Source: Holosporaceae bacterium UBA7879
Lineage (GTDB): Bacteria; Pseudomonadota; Alphaproteobacteria; UBA7879
Assembly (NCBI GenBank): GCA_002500565.1
Contig: DLRV01000020.1
Coordinates: 1-63,836 of the forward strand
DNA length: 63,836 nt
Reading direction: 5' to 3'
Notes under the pieces: model-generated
Told to the model about the DNA's origin: nothing
Database searches by the model: none
What the model saw: only the letters and a program-made list of their open reading frames with translations
Position numbers and translations under genes: made by a program
Shown here: piece after piece, positions 48,537 through 59,149 of the stretch
How the letters are laid out: every line of letters begins with the position of its first letter
Numbering within the stretch: the first letter of the stretch is position 1

Positions 48537-49013
48537 ATGTCGGGAAGTGTAAATAAAGTTATTCTTGTTGGAAACCTAGGTAGAGATCCAGAAGTTCGCA
48601 ATGCGCAAGATGGCAGTAAGATTGTTCAACTGTCCATTGCAACGTCTGAAAGCTGGCGCGACAAAACTACGGGTGAGCGCAAAGATAAAACTGAATGGCA
48701 CCGGGTTGTTTTATTTAACGATCGTTTGGCGGATGTCGCTGAGCGGTTTTTGACCAAAGGATCCAAAGTATACATAGAAGGGCAATTGCAGACCCGTAAG
48801 TGGACCGACAATGAAGGACAAGAAAAATACACCACCGAAGTTATTTTGGGCAAATACCGCGGTGAGTTGACTATGTTAGATGGCCGTTCTGAAGGTGGGC
48901 GCTCTGGCGGTGGTCAGCAGATTGGCCATTCACCAGATCAAGGTCAACAATCGTTTGGATCGCAAACTTCATCACCTGCACCGGCTGGCTTCGATGATGA
49001 GCCACCATTTTAG
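48537..49013 (+). CDS. ssb: Single-stranded DNA-binding protein
   Basis: OB fold ([16 protein letters not shown]...TEWHRVV), Gly/Gln-rich tail, acidic tip DDEPPF. Confidence 0.95.
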   Translation: MSGSVNKVILVGNLGRDPEVRNAQDGSKIVQLSIATSESWRDKTTGERKDKTEWHRVVLFNDRLADVAERFLTKGSKVYIEGQLQTRKWTDNEGQEKYTTEVILGKYRGELTMLDGRSEGGRSGGGQQIGHSPDQGQQSFGSQTSSPAPAGFDDEPPF

Positions 49014-49073
49014 AAACACCTATTAGTTTGCTGTATCAATTCAAACCCCCAATTAAATTCGTAAGGATTCCGT

Positions 49074-51872
49074 GTGACAAACGATAAACGCCAAGACATT
49101 ATTGAGGTTAATTTAGCTGACGAAATTAAGAGTTCTTATCTTGATTACGCCATGAGTATTATCGTTTCGCGGGCCATTCCGGATGTATGCGATGGCTTTA
49201 AGCCTGTGCACCGCCGGATCTTATACGCAATGTATGATGGGGGGTATCATTACAACAAACAGCATCGTAAATCGATGGCGATCGTTGGGGAAGTTTTGAA
49301 GCATTACCACCCGCACGGAAATGTGGCTGTGTATGATGCAATGGTGCGGTTGGCGCAGGACTTTTCGATGCGGTTACCGTTGGTGGATGGACAAGGGAAC
49401 TTTGGATCGATTGATGGCGACCCGCCGGCAGCTGAACGGTACACAGAAGCGCGCTTAAAGCAAGTTGCGCATTCGTTGATGCTGGATATTGATAAAGACA
49501 CGGTTACTTTTGCTCCCAACTATGACAACACGACCACGGAGCCAACGGTTCTGCCGGCCCGTTTTCCAAACTTATTGGTGAATGGCGCGGGTGGTATTGC
49601 TGTGGGGATGGCAACCAATATTCCGCCCCACAACTTGGGTGAAGTGTTGGATGCTTGTTTGCATTTACTTGATAATCCAGAAGCCAGCCTGGAAGAGATT
49701 ATGGAGTTTGTCAAAGCGCCAGACTTCCCAACCGGTGGCTATATCATTGGTCAGCGCGGCGCCGTTGAGGCTTATGAAACAGGGAAAGGCGCGGTTGTTA
49801 TGCGGGCCCGTACCCATGTGGAAGAGGTGAATAACCGTAAAGCGATTATTGTGACCGAAATTCCGTATCAGGTGAATAAAGCGCGATTGGTGGAGCGTAT
49901 TGCTGAATTGGTGAATACCAAAGTGGTTGAAGGTATTGCTGATTTACGCGATGAATCAGACCGACGTGGAATGCGCGTTGTGATTGAGCTGAAAAAGGAT
50001 GTTGATCCAGATGTTATTTTGAATCAGTTGTTCCGCCTGACGCCATTGCAGTGTGCGTTTAACTGCAACATGTTGGCGCTAAATGAAGGGCGGCCTGAAA
50101 CCATGGGGCTGCTGGCAATGTTGCGGGCGTTTCTGGCATTCCGTGAAAAAGTTATTACGCGTCGGACAAACTTTTTGCTGAACAAAGCGCGTGAAAAAGC
50201 TCAGATTTATCTTGGATTGGTGGTGGCTGTTGCCAACATTGATGAAGTGATTGCCCTGATCCGTGCGGCCAAATCACCGGTTGAAGCAAAAGAGCAATTG
50301 ATGGCCCGGGCTTGGGCGGCGGATTCGGTTGCATCTTTGATTGAAATGGTTGAAGCACAAGCGCCAAAGCAAAACATTTATCACTTGTCTGAAGCGCAGG
50401 CAAAGGCGATTTTGGATTTGCGTTTGCATCGTTTGACAGGCCTTGAGCAAGATAAAATTACCGAAGACTTGAATCAAGTTCTTGAAGAAATTCGGGGCTG
50501 TTTGGATATTCTGCAAAACCGCGATAAGCTGGTTGGAGTGATTCGCGATGAATTTGAAGAAATACGTGAAAAATATGCCAATCCGCGCCGTTCTGAAATA
50601 ATTGAAGCTGAGCTGACAGATGATATTGAATCACTGATTCAAAAAGAAGATATGGTGATTACGGTTACGCACAAGGGCTATATTAAGCGTGTGCCGGCGA
50701 AAAGTTACCGTGCGCAAAAACGGGGTGGTAAAGGCCGCTCTGGAATGAGTACGCGGGATGAAGATTTTGTTGATAGGGTTTTTGTTGAAAACACGCACAC
50801 ACCGCTGTTGTTCTTCACAACCAAAGGTCAGGTCTATAACCTGAAGGTTTATAAGCTGCCAATCTCTTCGGCAACGGCGCTTGGTAAGCCAATCATCAAC
50901 TTGTTGCCCATCGACAAAGATGAGAAAATTGCCACCATCATGCCTATGCCGGAAGATGAGCAAACGTGGTCTGATTTGCAAATTATGTTTGCCACCGATA
51001 AAGGAAATATCCGACGGAATAATCTTTCTGATTTCACCAACATCCGCGCCAATGGAAAGATTGCCATGAAGCTGGAAGAGGGTGAACAGTTGATTGGTGT
51101 GGCTGCATGTAGTGATGACAATGATGTATTGTTGACAGCAACCAATGGCCGTAGTGTGCGCTGTAATGTGACACAGGTTCGGGTGTTTGCTAGTCGCTCT
51201 TCAACGGGTGTGCGGGGGATTAAACTGGCTGGAAAAGACAAAGTTGTCTCTATGGCGATTTTGAACAAAACAGACTATAGTCCTGAAGAACGCGAGTCTT
51301 ATCTGAAATTATCGCGTAAAGCACGACAAGGAGCATTGGTTGAGGCTGATTTCGCCGAAGAAAACATGGATCAACATCTTTATGAACAAATGGCCGAACA
51401 AGAGCAATTTATCCTGAGTGTGACGGAGCGTGGGTATGGAAAGCGATCTTCATCCTATGAGTTCCGCCAAACAAACCGGGGGACGCAGGGAATTATGAAC
51501 ATGGAAGTGACCTCAAAGACCGGAGGGATTATTGCCTCATTCCCTGTGGAACATGATGACGAGCTGATGATTATTACCGACCAAGGACAATTGATCCGCA
51601 GTAAGATTGATGAAATTCGGATTGCCGGGCGTCGTACCCAAGGGGTGCGCTTGTTTAATATTGACCAAAAAACAAAAGTTGTGGCCGCAGACTGGATTCG
51701 TGACACCAAAGATGATGATGAGCTTGATGAAGATGAAGAAGGTGAGTCAGGTCTTGGAGGTCAAGTGGACGTGGAAAAGATCGGAGAGATTGAGGTGCCT
51801 AATGATGATGGGTCTGATAATAATGCCGCTGCTGATACTCATGCGGCTGACATAGACGACTCTGAGGAATAA
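49074..51872 (+). CDS. gyrA: DNA gyrase subunit A
   Basis: GTG start. DGFKPVHRRILY, active-site context AAERYTEARL, beta-pinwheel C-terminal domain, long acidic tail. Confidence 0.96.
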   Translation: MTNDKRQDIIEVNLADEIKSSYLDYAMSIIVSRAIPDVCDGFKPVHRRILYAMYDGGYHYNKQHRKSMAIVGEVLKHYHPHGNVAVYDAMVRLAQDFSMRLPLVDGQGNFGSIDGDPPAAERYTEARLKQVAHSLMLDIDKDTVTFAPNYDNTTTEPTVLPARFPNLLVNGAGGIAVGMATNIPPHNLGEVLDACLHLLDNPEASLEEIMEFVKAPDFPTGGYIIGQRGAVEAYETGKGAVVMRARTHVEEVNNRKAIIVTEIPYQVNKARLVERIAELVNTKVVEGIADLRDESDRRGMRVVIELKKDVDPDVILNQLFRLTPLQCAFNCNMLALNEGRPETMGLLAMLRAFLAFREKVITRRTNFLLNKAREKAQIYLGLVVAVANIDEVIALIRAAKSPVEAKEQLMARAWAADSVASLIEMVEAQAPKQNIYHLSEAQAKAILDLRLHRLTGLEQDKITEDLNQVLEEIRGCLDILQNRDKLVGVIRDEFEEIREKYANPRRSEIIEAELTDDIESLIQKEDMVITVTHKGYIKRVPAKSYRAQKRGGKGRSGMSTRDEDFVDRVFVENTHTPLLFFTTKGQVYNLKVYKLPISSATALGKPIINLLPIDKDEKIATIMPMPEDEQTWSDLQIMFATDKGNIRRNNLSDFTNIRANGKIAMKLEEGEQLIGVAACSDDNDVLLTATNGRSVRCNVTQVRVFASRSSTGVRGIKLAGKDKVVSMAILNKTDYSPEERESYLKLSRKARQGALVEADFAEENMDQHLYEQMAEQEQFILSVTERGYGKRSSSYEFRQTNRGTQGIMNMEVTSKTGGIIASFPVEHDDELMIITDQGQLIRSKIDEIRIAGRRTQGVRLFNIDQKTKVVAADWIRDTKDDDELDEDEEGESGLGGQVDVEKIGEIEVPNDDGSDNNAAADTHAADIDDSEE

Positions 51873-51879
51873 TAGCATC

Positions 51880-52392
51880 ATGGCTCCATCTTGTGTGCCA
51901 CATATAGCTGTTTACCCGGGGTCTTTTGACCCTATTACCTATGGCCATCTCGATATCATTCAGCGGGCCGTAAAGCTGGTTGATAAGCTGATTATCGCTG
52001 TTGGCACCAATCAACGTAAAAATGCTTTATTTACCTTAGATGAGCGACAGAAGATGGTTGAAGGGTCTCTTGTTGGCATAGGTAAGGAGGATCGGCAAAA
52101 AATATACGTTATGTCTTTTGATGGCTTGTTGGTGGAGTTTGCTAAAAACCAATCTGCACGCAGTATTATCCGCGGCTTACGAGCGGTATCAGATTTTGAT
52201 TATGAGTTTCAAATGGCCTCCATGAATCGGAAAATTTGTGATCAACTGGAAACTATTTTTCTGATGTCATCGGACCATATGCAGTTTGTTGCCTCAAGCT
52301 TGGTGCGTGAGATTGCCAATATGCAAGGTGATATTAGTAAGTTTGTGCCGAAATTGGTTGAGCAATCGGTCAAAAGAAAAGTTAATATTTAA
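51880..52392 (+). CDS. coaD: Phosphopantetheine adenylyltransferase
   Basis: VYPGSFDPITYGHLDII (T/HxGH nucleotidyltransferase motif), about 170 aa. Confidence 0.93.
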   Translation: MAPSCVPHIAVYPGSFDPITYGHLDIIQRAVKLVDKLIIAVGTNQRKNALFTLDERQKMVEGSLVGIGKEDRQKIYVMSFDGLLVEFAKNQSARSIIRGLRAVSDFDYEFQMASMNRKICDQLETIFLMSSDHMQFVASSLVREIANMQGDISKFVPKLVEQSVKRKVNI

Positions 52393-52617
52393 TTAACTTA
52401 AATTCTTAATAAAAATGATATTTTCGTTTTTACGTTTGATTTGGCTGGTCAAATAGATTTATTAAGCATTTACAACACTTTAGCATGGTTACATTTCTCC
52501 TAATTTTAGATTTCTGAATGCATTTTACATTTTCTTTTTGCAAAATATATATTAATATTAAGTTATCTAGGTAGAGGTCTTTACCTGGATAAACGTAGGA
52601 AAAAAAAGAAGTAAACT

Positions 52618-52695
52618 ATGAAAAAAATTATGTTTTATGCGACTAGCATATCTTTAGGTCTAGCAGTATCAGCTATGATGATTGGCTGTCCATAA
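52618..52695 (+). CDS. Candidate 25-codon mini-ORF: lipoprotein-type signal peptide ending in Cys-Pro
   Basis: Read directly from the sequence: MKKIMFYATSISLGLAVSAMMIGCP-stop. It is below the ORF-track size cutoff. A strong terminator follows 26 nt downstream. The upstream purine-rich tract (AGGAAAAAAAAGAAG) is only a weak SD. Confidence 0.4.
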   Translation: MKKIMFYATSISLGLAVSAMMIGCP

Positions 52696-52720
52696 GTCTT
52701 AAAGATTTAATGTTTTTAAA

Positions 52721-52746
52721 AGCCCACTTTATGTGGGCTTTTTTAT
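52721..52746 (+). terminator. Rho-independent terminator after the mini-ORF
   Basis: AGCCCAC-tttat-GTGGGCT followed by a T-rich run (TTTTTATT), with an A-run upstream. Confidence 0.8.
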
Positions 52747-52850
52747 TGCCTGAATCAAGAAAGTATTATCAATATAAGAACTAGCTTCTCTCATTAAATG
52801 ATAAACTTTGTAGTGAATAATTTAGTCGTTTTTTTACTTCTTAAATCCAC

Positions 52851-53633
52851 TTAACGATAGTCTAGGGTTCCACCCTCGAGCAAGATCAGAATATGTGTGT
52901 TTTTGATAACGCCGAGTTTACGGCGGATATTGCTGAGGTATTCTTCCACGGTTTTTGGAGAAAGGTTTAGGGTGTCCGCTATCTGTTTGGCTGAGCGCCC
53001 TTTTTTTAATTCGAAAACAGCTTTGGTTTCTTGACTGCTTAAAGTGACGGGCCCATGTAAGCCAATGCAGTTAAGTTTTTCTGGCATTTCAATCCAAATA
53101 GGTTGCTTTGGTGTATATGTTTTGAGGCTGGAAATATTGCTGGATACCACAGGCGCAACATCATGAGGATTAATCAAATGTTCAATGCGCGGCTTAAGAT
53201 AAGCAATAAACTGTTTAAGAAGATGTTGTTTTGTTAAATAGAAGTTAGATAGAGCTGTATCTTCTTTTGTGCCAGCAAATTCCCATGCTTCGAGACCATC
53301 CGGGCATTTTTGATAGAGGCTAGCCCCATTCCAGATATTGTAATGGTGCAAAGCGCTGACAACATTGTCAGAAAGTGTTGTAGGCCACAGGCGTAAATTT
53401 AAGGTTGTTGGATCCAATCCTGTGGCATTATCAATGAAGGCAATACTGTTTTCGTTGAGGGATTCAAAATAGAATTCACTCCAGACTGTATTATTAAAAA
53501 TACTTAGGTGGCGTCCATCATCATAAAACCGTTGATAAGAAAAATGATGTATACAGTTCTTTTCAAGAAACCAGTCAATTTCGGTTTTAAGCTTGTCTAA
53601 AATAATTGAATTATAATTTTTGAGAAAACTCAC
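52851..53633 (-). CDS. LuxR-family transcriptional regulator with an uncharacterised N-terminal sensor-like domain
   Basis: C-terminal LuxR/FixJ HTH (LSSQETKAVFELKKGRSAKQIADTLNLSPKTVEEYLSNIRRKLGV). The N-terminal 190 aa contain W-x3-Y ... DP ... W spacing loosely reminiscent of autoinducer-binding domains. Confidence 0.75.
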   Translation of the reverse strand: MSFLKNYNSIILDKLKTEIDWFLEKNCIHHFSYQRFYDDGRHLSIFNNTVWSEFYFESLNENSIAFIDNATGLDPTTLNLRLWPTTLSDNVVSALHHYNIWNGASLYQKCPDGLEAWEFAGTKEDTALSNFYLTKQHLLKQFIAYLKPRIEHLINPHDVAPVVSSNISSLKTYTPKQPIWIEMPEKLNCIGLHGPVTLSSQETKAVFELKKGRSAKQIADTLNLSPKTVEEYLSNIRRKLGVIKNTHILILLEGGTLDYR

Positions 53634-53726
53634 TTTAAAGCATGCCCTTGCTTAAGGATAGTGGCAATCAATCCTAATTATTTCAATTAGAAAAAAACCA
53701 ATAATAATAATTTTTATAGAAAATAA

Positions 53727-54824
53727 TTAATAATATCTTTCTAGGCGGCGATCGTGATTGCGGTCTGCGTTCAAGATGAACCCTACTGTAATCAGGAGTG
53801 TCCACATGGCAGTTCCGCCATAAGAAATGAAGGGAAGCGGAACCCCAACAACTGGTACCAAGCCAATGACCATAGCAATATTGATGGCAACATACAAAAA
53901 GATGGTGCAGCTAAGACCAATGGCAACCAAGCGACAAAAAATACTGTGACAGCGATAGCCAAGATAGATGCCGGTTATGATTGTGACAAGATAACCAATG
54001 AGCAATAGAATGCTGCCAACGAACCCAAACTCTTCGGCAAAAAGGGTAAAGATAAAGTCAGTTTGTTTTTCCGGTAAAAAGTTAAGGTGGCTTTGTGTTC
54101 CTGCCATGAACCCTTTACCAAACAGACCGCCAGATCCAAGAGCGATTTTTGATTGCATAATATGATAGCCAGCACCGAAGGGATCGCGCTCTGGATTGAG
54201 AAACGTTAGAACCCGTTTTTTTTGATAGGTGTGTAAAAAGGTCCAGGCGATGGGAATAAGACTAATAAGCCCAATACCTGAGATGATAAAAACCCGTTTT
54301 GGAACCCCAGCGATAAATAGAACCATGACACCGCTCAGAAAAATCATGATGGCTGTTCCCAGATCTGGTTGTTTGGCAACCAAAGCTGTTGGGATTAGAA
54401 TCATGAGCATGGGAATCAAAAGAGTGGAGATTTTTTGTATTTCTTCATAGGTTCGACGGTGATAGTAACAGGCAAGGGCTAGAATAAGTGAAACTCGCAT
54501 CATTTCAGAGGGCTGGATTTGAATCGGGCCAAGCTTGAGCCATCTTTGCGCGCCCATGCCTGTATGACCCATGATAAGAACTAGGGATAGCATCCCAAGG
54601 ACCATGAAATAAAAACTGTAGGCGTATTTAATCCAAAATTTGATAGGAGTGATAATAATACAAGTCATGATACCAAGACCAATGGCAAAACGAATTAATT
54701 GGCTTTTTGCCCAGGGATCCATTTTACCGCCTGCTGCATCGTAGAGCAGGGCCAAGCCAAGGCAGACAAAGCAAAGCATAAGCAGCAAAATTGTTTTGTT
54801 TATTTTTTGAATGTTAAAGGTCAT
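53727..54824 (-). CDS. rodA: Peptidoglycan glycosyltransferase RodA (SEDS)
   Basis: Polytopic SEDS protein with QPDLG and LPFISYGGTAM motifs. ATG at 54824 (MTFNIQ) overlaps the mrdA stop as ATGA; the ORF track extends to 54902. Confidence 0.9.
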   Translation of the reverse strand: MTFNIQKINKTILLLMLCFVCLGLALLYDAAGGKMDPWAKSQLIRFAIGLGIMTCIIITPIKFWIKYAYSFYFMVLGMLSLVLIMGHTGMGAQRWLKLGPIQIQPSEMMRVSLILALACYYHRRTYEEIQKISTLLIPMLMILIPTALVAKQPDLGTAIMIFLSGVMVLFIAGVPKRVFIISGIGLISLIPIAWTFLHTYQKKRVLTFLNPERDPFGAGYHIMQSKIALGSGGLFGKGFMAGTQSHLNFLPEKQTDFIFTLFAEEFGFVGSILLLIGYLVTIITGIYLGYRCHSIFCRLVAIGLSCTIFLYVAINIAMVIGLVPVVGVPLPFISYGGTAMWTLLITVGFILNADRNHDRRLERYY

Positions 54825-56626
54825 GCGTTTTTCTTGTATAGATGGGTGTAGATGTATTGAAAGATATTTTTGACCAATGGCCCGGTTGTGCGTCCACCCC
54901 AACCCCCATGCTCTACAATTAGAGTTAGCGCATAGCGCGGGTTTTGAGCCGGTGCGTATCCGGTAAATATGGCGTTATCCCGCAAATGCCAAGGTGTTTC
55001 AGCAACGGAGCGAATGCCTTGCTGACGTTCTTTCATTGTAATGCGTCGCACCTGACTGGTGGATGTTTTTCCTGCAACGTGGAAATCGGGTATATCAAGT
55101 TTGGCGTGGTGGCCTGTGCCACCCGGACTGTTGACAGTATGATCCAGAGCTTTTTGAATATAGGTTAAATGTGGATCTTTTTTGCTTGGTGGAGCAAAGT
55201 ATTCTCCAGCGCCTTTTCTTAAATGTGGCTGAAGTTCCTGACCACCATTAGCAATTTTGGCTATGCCATACACCCACTGTAAAGGCGTTGTGAGAAGGGC
55301 GCCTTGACCAATGGAAAGGTTGATTGTATCACCCGGCCACCAGCGTTGACTATATCGTTGCTTTTTCCACTGCGGTGAAGGGAGAAGCCCTGCTTTTTCA
55401 TGCTCGAGATCAATGCCGGTTTTCTGGCCCATTTTAAATTGGCTAAGGGTTGTAATCAGTTTGTCAATTCCAAGAAGCTGTGTGGTTTTATAAAAGAAAA
55501 TATCACAAGATTGCATGAGTGCTTTGAGAAGGTTTGTTTGGCCATGACCGATTTTTTTCCAGCAGTGAAAAGTATGAGAGCCAACGGGATACTTACCATC
55601 GCAGCCCAAAGTAAAGTTTGGCCCGACCTTTGGCTCTGACAAAAGGGCGTAAGCGATAAAGGTTTTGATCAGGGAGCCTGGGCTGTACAATCCAGAAATG
55701 GTTTTATTGGTGAGGGGATTGTTTTCGGCCTTGAGAAGGGACTGCCACTGGCGGGAAGAAATACCTTTGGTAAAAAGATTAGGATCATAGCCAGGGATAG
55801 AAACCAGCGCCAGTATTTCACCGGTCTTGATATCCATAACAATAGCGGCAGCGCTTTTGTGTGGTTTTAATAATTCATAGATATGATTTTGTAAAGGAAG
55901 GTCGATGGTTAATGTAATATCCTCGCCAGCAACGGCTTGCTCTTTTGAGAGTGTTCTTATCTTTTGACCGCGTGCATTGTTTTCGGTCATAAGCGTACCG
56001 AACTCACCGCTGAGATCTTCGTTGTAATATTTTTCTAGACCGTTTTTACCCACCACAACACCAGGAACAGAAAGAAGGATATTGTTGTTAAGATCTTCTT
56101 GATTTGGTTTTGCAACATAGCCAAGCACATGGCTGAGCGATTCGCCGTATGGATATACCCGCTCTTCACTTTGGAGAATTTCCAGACCCGGAATATCGAA
56201 ACTGTTAATCTCTAAGGTAGACAGTTCTTGCCATGATAAATTCCTTTTTAGTTCTAAAGGGATATACTTTGGCACCGTTTCAACTTGTTTTTCAATATCG
56301 GCGATTTCTTCCTCTGTTAAATTGAGAATGGTTTGAATCGTTGATAATGCCTTAGAAAAGTTTTTGTTTTTACGGCGATCAAAAGCAGCATGATATCGGG
56401 GTTGGTTATGGGCGATGACTGTGCCATTACGATCAAGGATGCGCCCACGCTCTGGTTTAATTGGCGTGGTTTGAATGCGATTTTTATCGGATAGCGTAAG
56501 ATAATGGCTGCTTTTATAAACCTGTAAATAGTAAAGGCGGCCGGCCAAAGAAAGGAAAACCAAAATAATGACAACAATTAAAGTTGTAATGCGGGACGAT
56601 AATGATTCAATGGCCCGAGCTGACAT
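54821..56626 (-). CDS. mrdA: Penicillin-binding protein 2 (elongasome transpeptidase)
   Basis: Start at MSARAIESL (Met75 of the ORF-track ORF), TM anchor, and SLIK (SxxK), SCD and KTS motifs. Lies between mreD and rodA. Confidence 0.88.
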   Translation of the reverse strand: MSARAIESLSSRITTLIVVIILVFLSLAGRLYYLQVYKSSHYLTLSDKNRIQTTPIKPERGRILDRNGTVIAHNQPRYHAAFDRRKNKNFSKALSTIQTILNLTEEEIADIEKQVETVPKYIPLELKRNLSWQELSTLEINSFDIPGLEILQSEERVYPYGESLSHVLGYVAKPNQEDLNNNILLSVPGVVVGKNGLEKYYNEDLSGEFGTLMTENNARGQKIRTLSKEQAVAGEDITLTIDLPLQNHIYELLKPHKSAAAIVMDIKTGEILALVSIPGYDPNLFTKGISSRQWQSLLKAENNPLTNKTISGLYSPGSLIKTFIAYALLSEPKVGPNFTLGCDGKYPVGSHTFHCWKKIGHGQTNLLKALMQSCDIFFYKTTQLLGIDKLITTLSQFKMGQKTGIDLEHEKAGLLPSPQWKKQRYSQRWWPGDTINLSIGQGALLTTPLQWVYGIAKIANGGQELQPHLRKGAGEYFAPPSKKDPHLTYIQKALDHTVNSPGGTGHHAKLDIPDFHVAGKTSTSQVRRITMKERQQGIRSVAETPWHLRDNAIFTGYAPAQNPRYALTLIVEHGGWGGRTTGPLVKNIFQYIYTHLYKKNA

Positions 56627-57114
56627 CAGACATGACTCCGGCGTAAGAGATGTATTTGTAGGGGAAGAAGCGTCCAGGTGAGAATATATTTCAAAGCGTT
56701 GGTTTCTATGGTCCAGATGCCGAAAATCACTAAGCCCCATACCTGTTGCCAGGCCATGAGCAGCATTAAAACCACACCATATAAGATCCATAAATTGATG
56801 AATCTGGTACTTTGTAAAAGTGGCTTTAAAAGGATTGTGAGAACGCAACAGAGGTAAAAGCTGATCAGATAGTAGCTAAGTGGGAGGTTTTGAGTGAGGC
56901 TGAGGATCATGCCAAAAAACAAGGCCCATACACACCAGATAACTTTTTGGTTAGATAGAGCTGTGTAAAAAAGGAAGCCATAGCAAAAGAAAGGGGTAAA
57001 TTGGGTGCCTATAAAAAGTATGTCCAAAATCAAACATGTAACGGCAATAAGCACTGATGTGGTCAGGGGAAGAAGCTGGCTGCTCCGTTTGCGTTGTTCA
57101 TCAAGCGTCATCAT
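56626..57114 (-). CDS. mreD: Rod shape-determining protein MreD
   Basis: Small polytopic membrane protein after mreC. Probable start at MMTLDEQ (57114/57111), overlapping the mreC end. Confidence 0.75.
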   Translation of the reverse strand: MMTLDEQRKRSSQLLPLTTSVLIAVTCLILDILFIGTQFTPFFCYGFLFYTALSNQKVIWCVWALFFGMILSLTQNLPLSYYLISFYLCCVLTILLKPLLQSTRFINLWILYGVVLMLLMAWQQVWGLVIFGIWTIETNALKYILTWTLLPLQIHLLRRSHV

Positions 57115-58012
57115 TCTCTCTGAATAAGCTGTCTTTGATATCTTGCGTGCGGGCAATTGAGACGAATAAGAGGTGTCTGGGATTTATCGATAGCCGTGCG
57201 ACAAGATAATCTGACTTCATGCCTTCTATATTACCGACATTCAATTGTGGGGGGTAAACGCCGCCCAGGCCACTGGTGCGAATGCGCATGCCGGGTTCTA
57301 TGTCTTCTTGAGACTCGACATAGCGAATCTTAAGACGATTGTTGCTCATACCTGAGGCAATGCCTTTTTGCTTGCCATCATCGATTACAACAGGAAGTTT
57401 TGATCTGGGATCTGATAGTAACAGACCATAACTGTGATGCGGAGAGGTTTTGATAACCCGGCCAATAATGCTGCCTTGATATAAGATAGGGTCGTTAATA
57501 TTGACTTGATCAATGGATCCTTTATTGAGCAAAAGGCTTTGTTTAAAAGGGGCGCCAGGAAAGCCAATAATTTTGGCTGTAATGGTATTGTAGGACGTTT
57601 CTGGAGCGTCTTGCGTGCCCCGCATTTCTGAAAGTGCGTTGAGCTCTGCTTGAAGGTCAAGAATTTTTGAGTGCAGGCCACGGATGGTTGAAGCTTGTTG
57701 TTGCAAGGCATTTTCGGTTTTGATGGGAGACTGAAAACTGAGAGACGTTGTCAGGTAATGAATTTGTGACTGGATGGGTGCTAGTATGCCTTGTAATGTT
57801 TGCTGAGCGTTTGATTTAATATAGAGCCATGCCTTGGGTTTGATCATATCCAACAAAAGTAGAAAGCTGACGATACAAGCAATGATAATGAAAGTTTTTT
57901 CCAAAGCACGGCGATAGGAAAATAAAAGCAAGATTGTGGATGAGCTCTCTAGCTTTTTTTCAAACGTAGAGGATTTGGCAGCTGGTTTTGAGAAAAGTTT
58001 CTTTTTCGCCAT
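57101..58012 (-). CDS. mreC: Rod shape-determining protein MreC
   Basis: N-terminal TM, coiled coil (LHSKILDLQAELNAL), and a beta-barrel domain with GLGGVYPPQLNVGNI. Confidence 0.88.
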   Translation of the reverse strand: MAKKKLFSKPAAKSSTFEKKLESSSTILLLFSYRRALEKTFIIIACIVSFLLLLDMIKPKAWLYIKSNAQQTLQGILAPIQSQIHYLTTSLSFQSPIKTENALQQQASTIRGLHSKILDLQAELNALSEMRGTQDAPETSYNTITAKIIGFPGAPFKQSLLLNKGSIDQVNINDPILYQGSIIGRVIKTSPHHSYGLLLSDPRSKLPVVIDDGKQKGIASGMSNNRLKIRYVESQEDIEPGMRIRTSGLGGVYPPQLNVGNIEGMKSDYLVARLSINPRHLLFVSIARTQDIKDSLFRENDDA

Positions 58013-58029
58013 GGGCTGCCATTCTCATG

Positions 58030-59094
<1,065 letters not shown>

Positions 59095-59149
59095 TTACAT
59101 GACTTTTATACCCAATTTCTTAGGTATTTGGAACCACATTCTTTTACAA

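Noticed and set aside
52393-52617. CtrA (TTAA-N7-TTAA) or DnaA boxes in AT-rich intergenic regions, and tRNA/rRNA/riboswitch-like structures in all larger intergenic gaps
   Set aside because: Several TTAA tetramers occur but none has the required 7-nt spacing. I saw no cloverleaf-compatible or other recognisable RNA gene sequence by eye. A covariance-model scan would be needed to be certain.
54825-54902. Upstream extensions of rodA (to 54902) and mrdA (56627-56848)
   Set aside because: Both extensions overlap the preceding gene of the operon. Internal ATGs give the typical N-termini and the typical ATGA or TGATG coupling overlaps.
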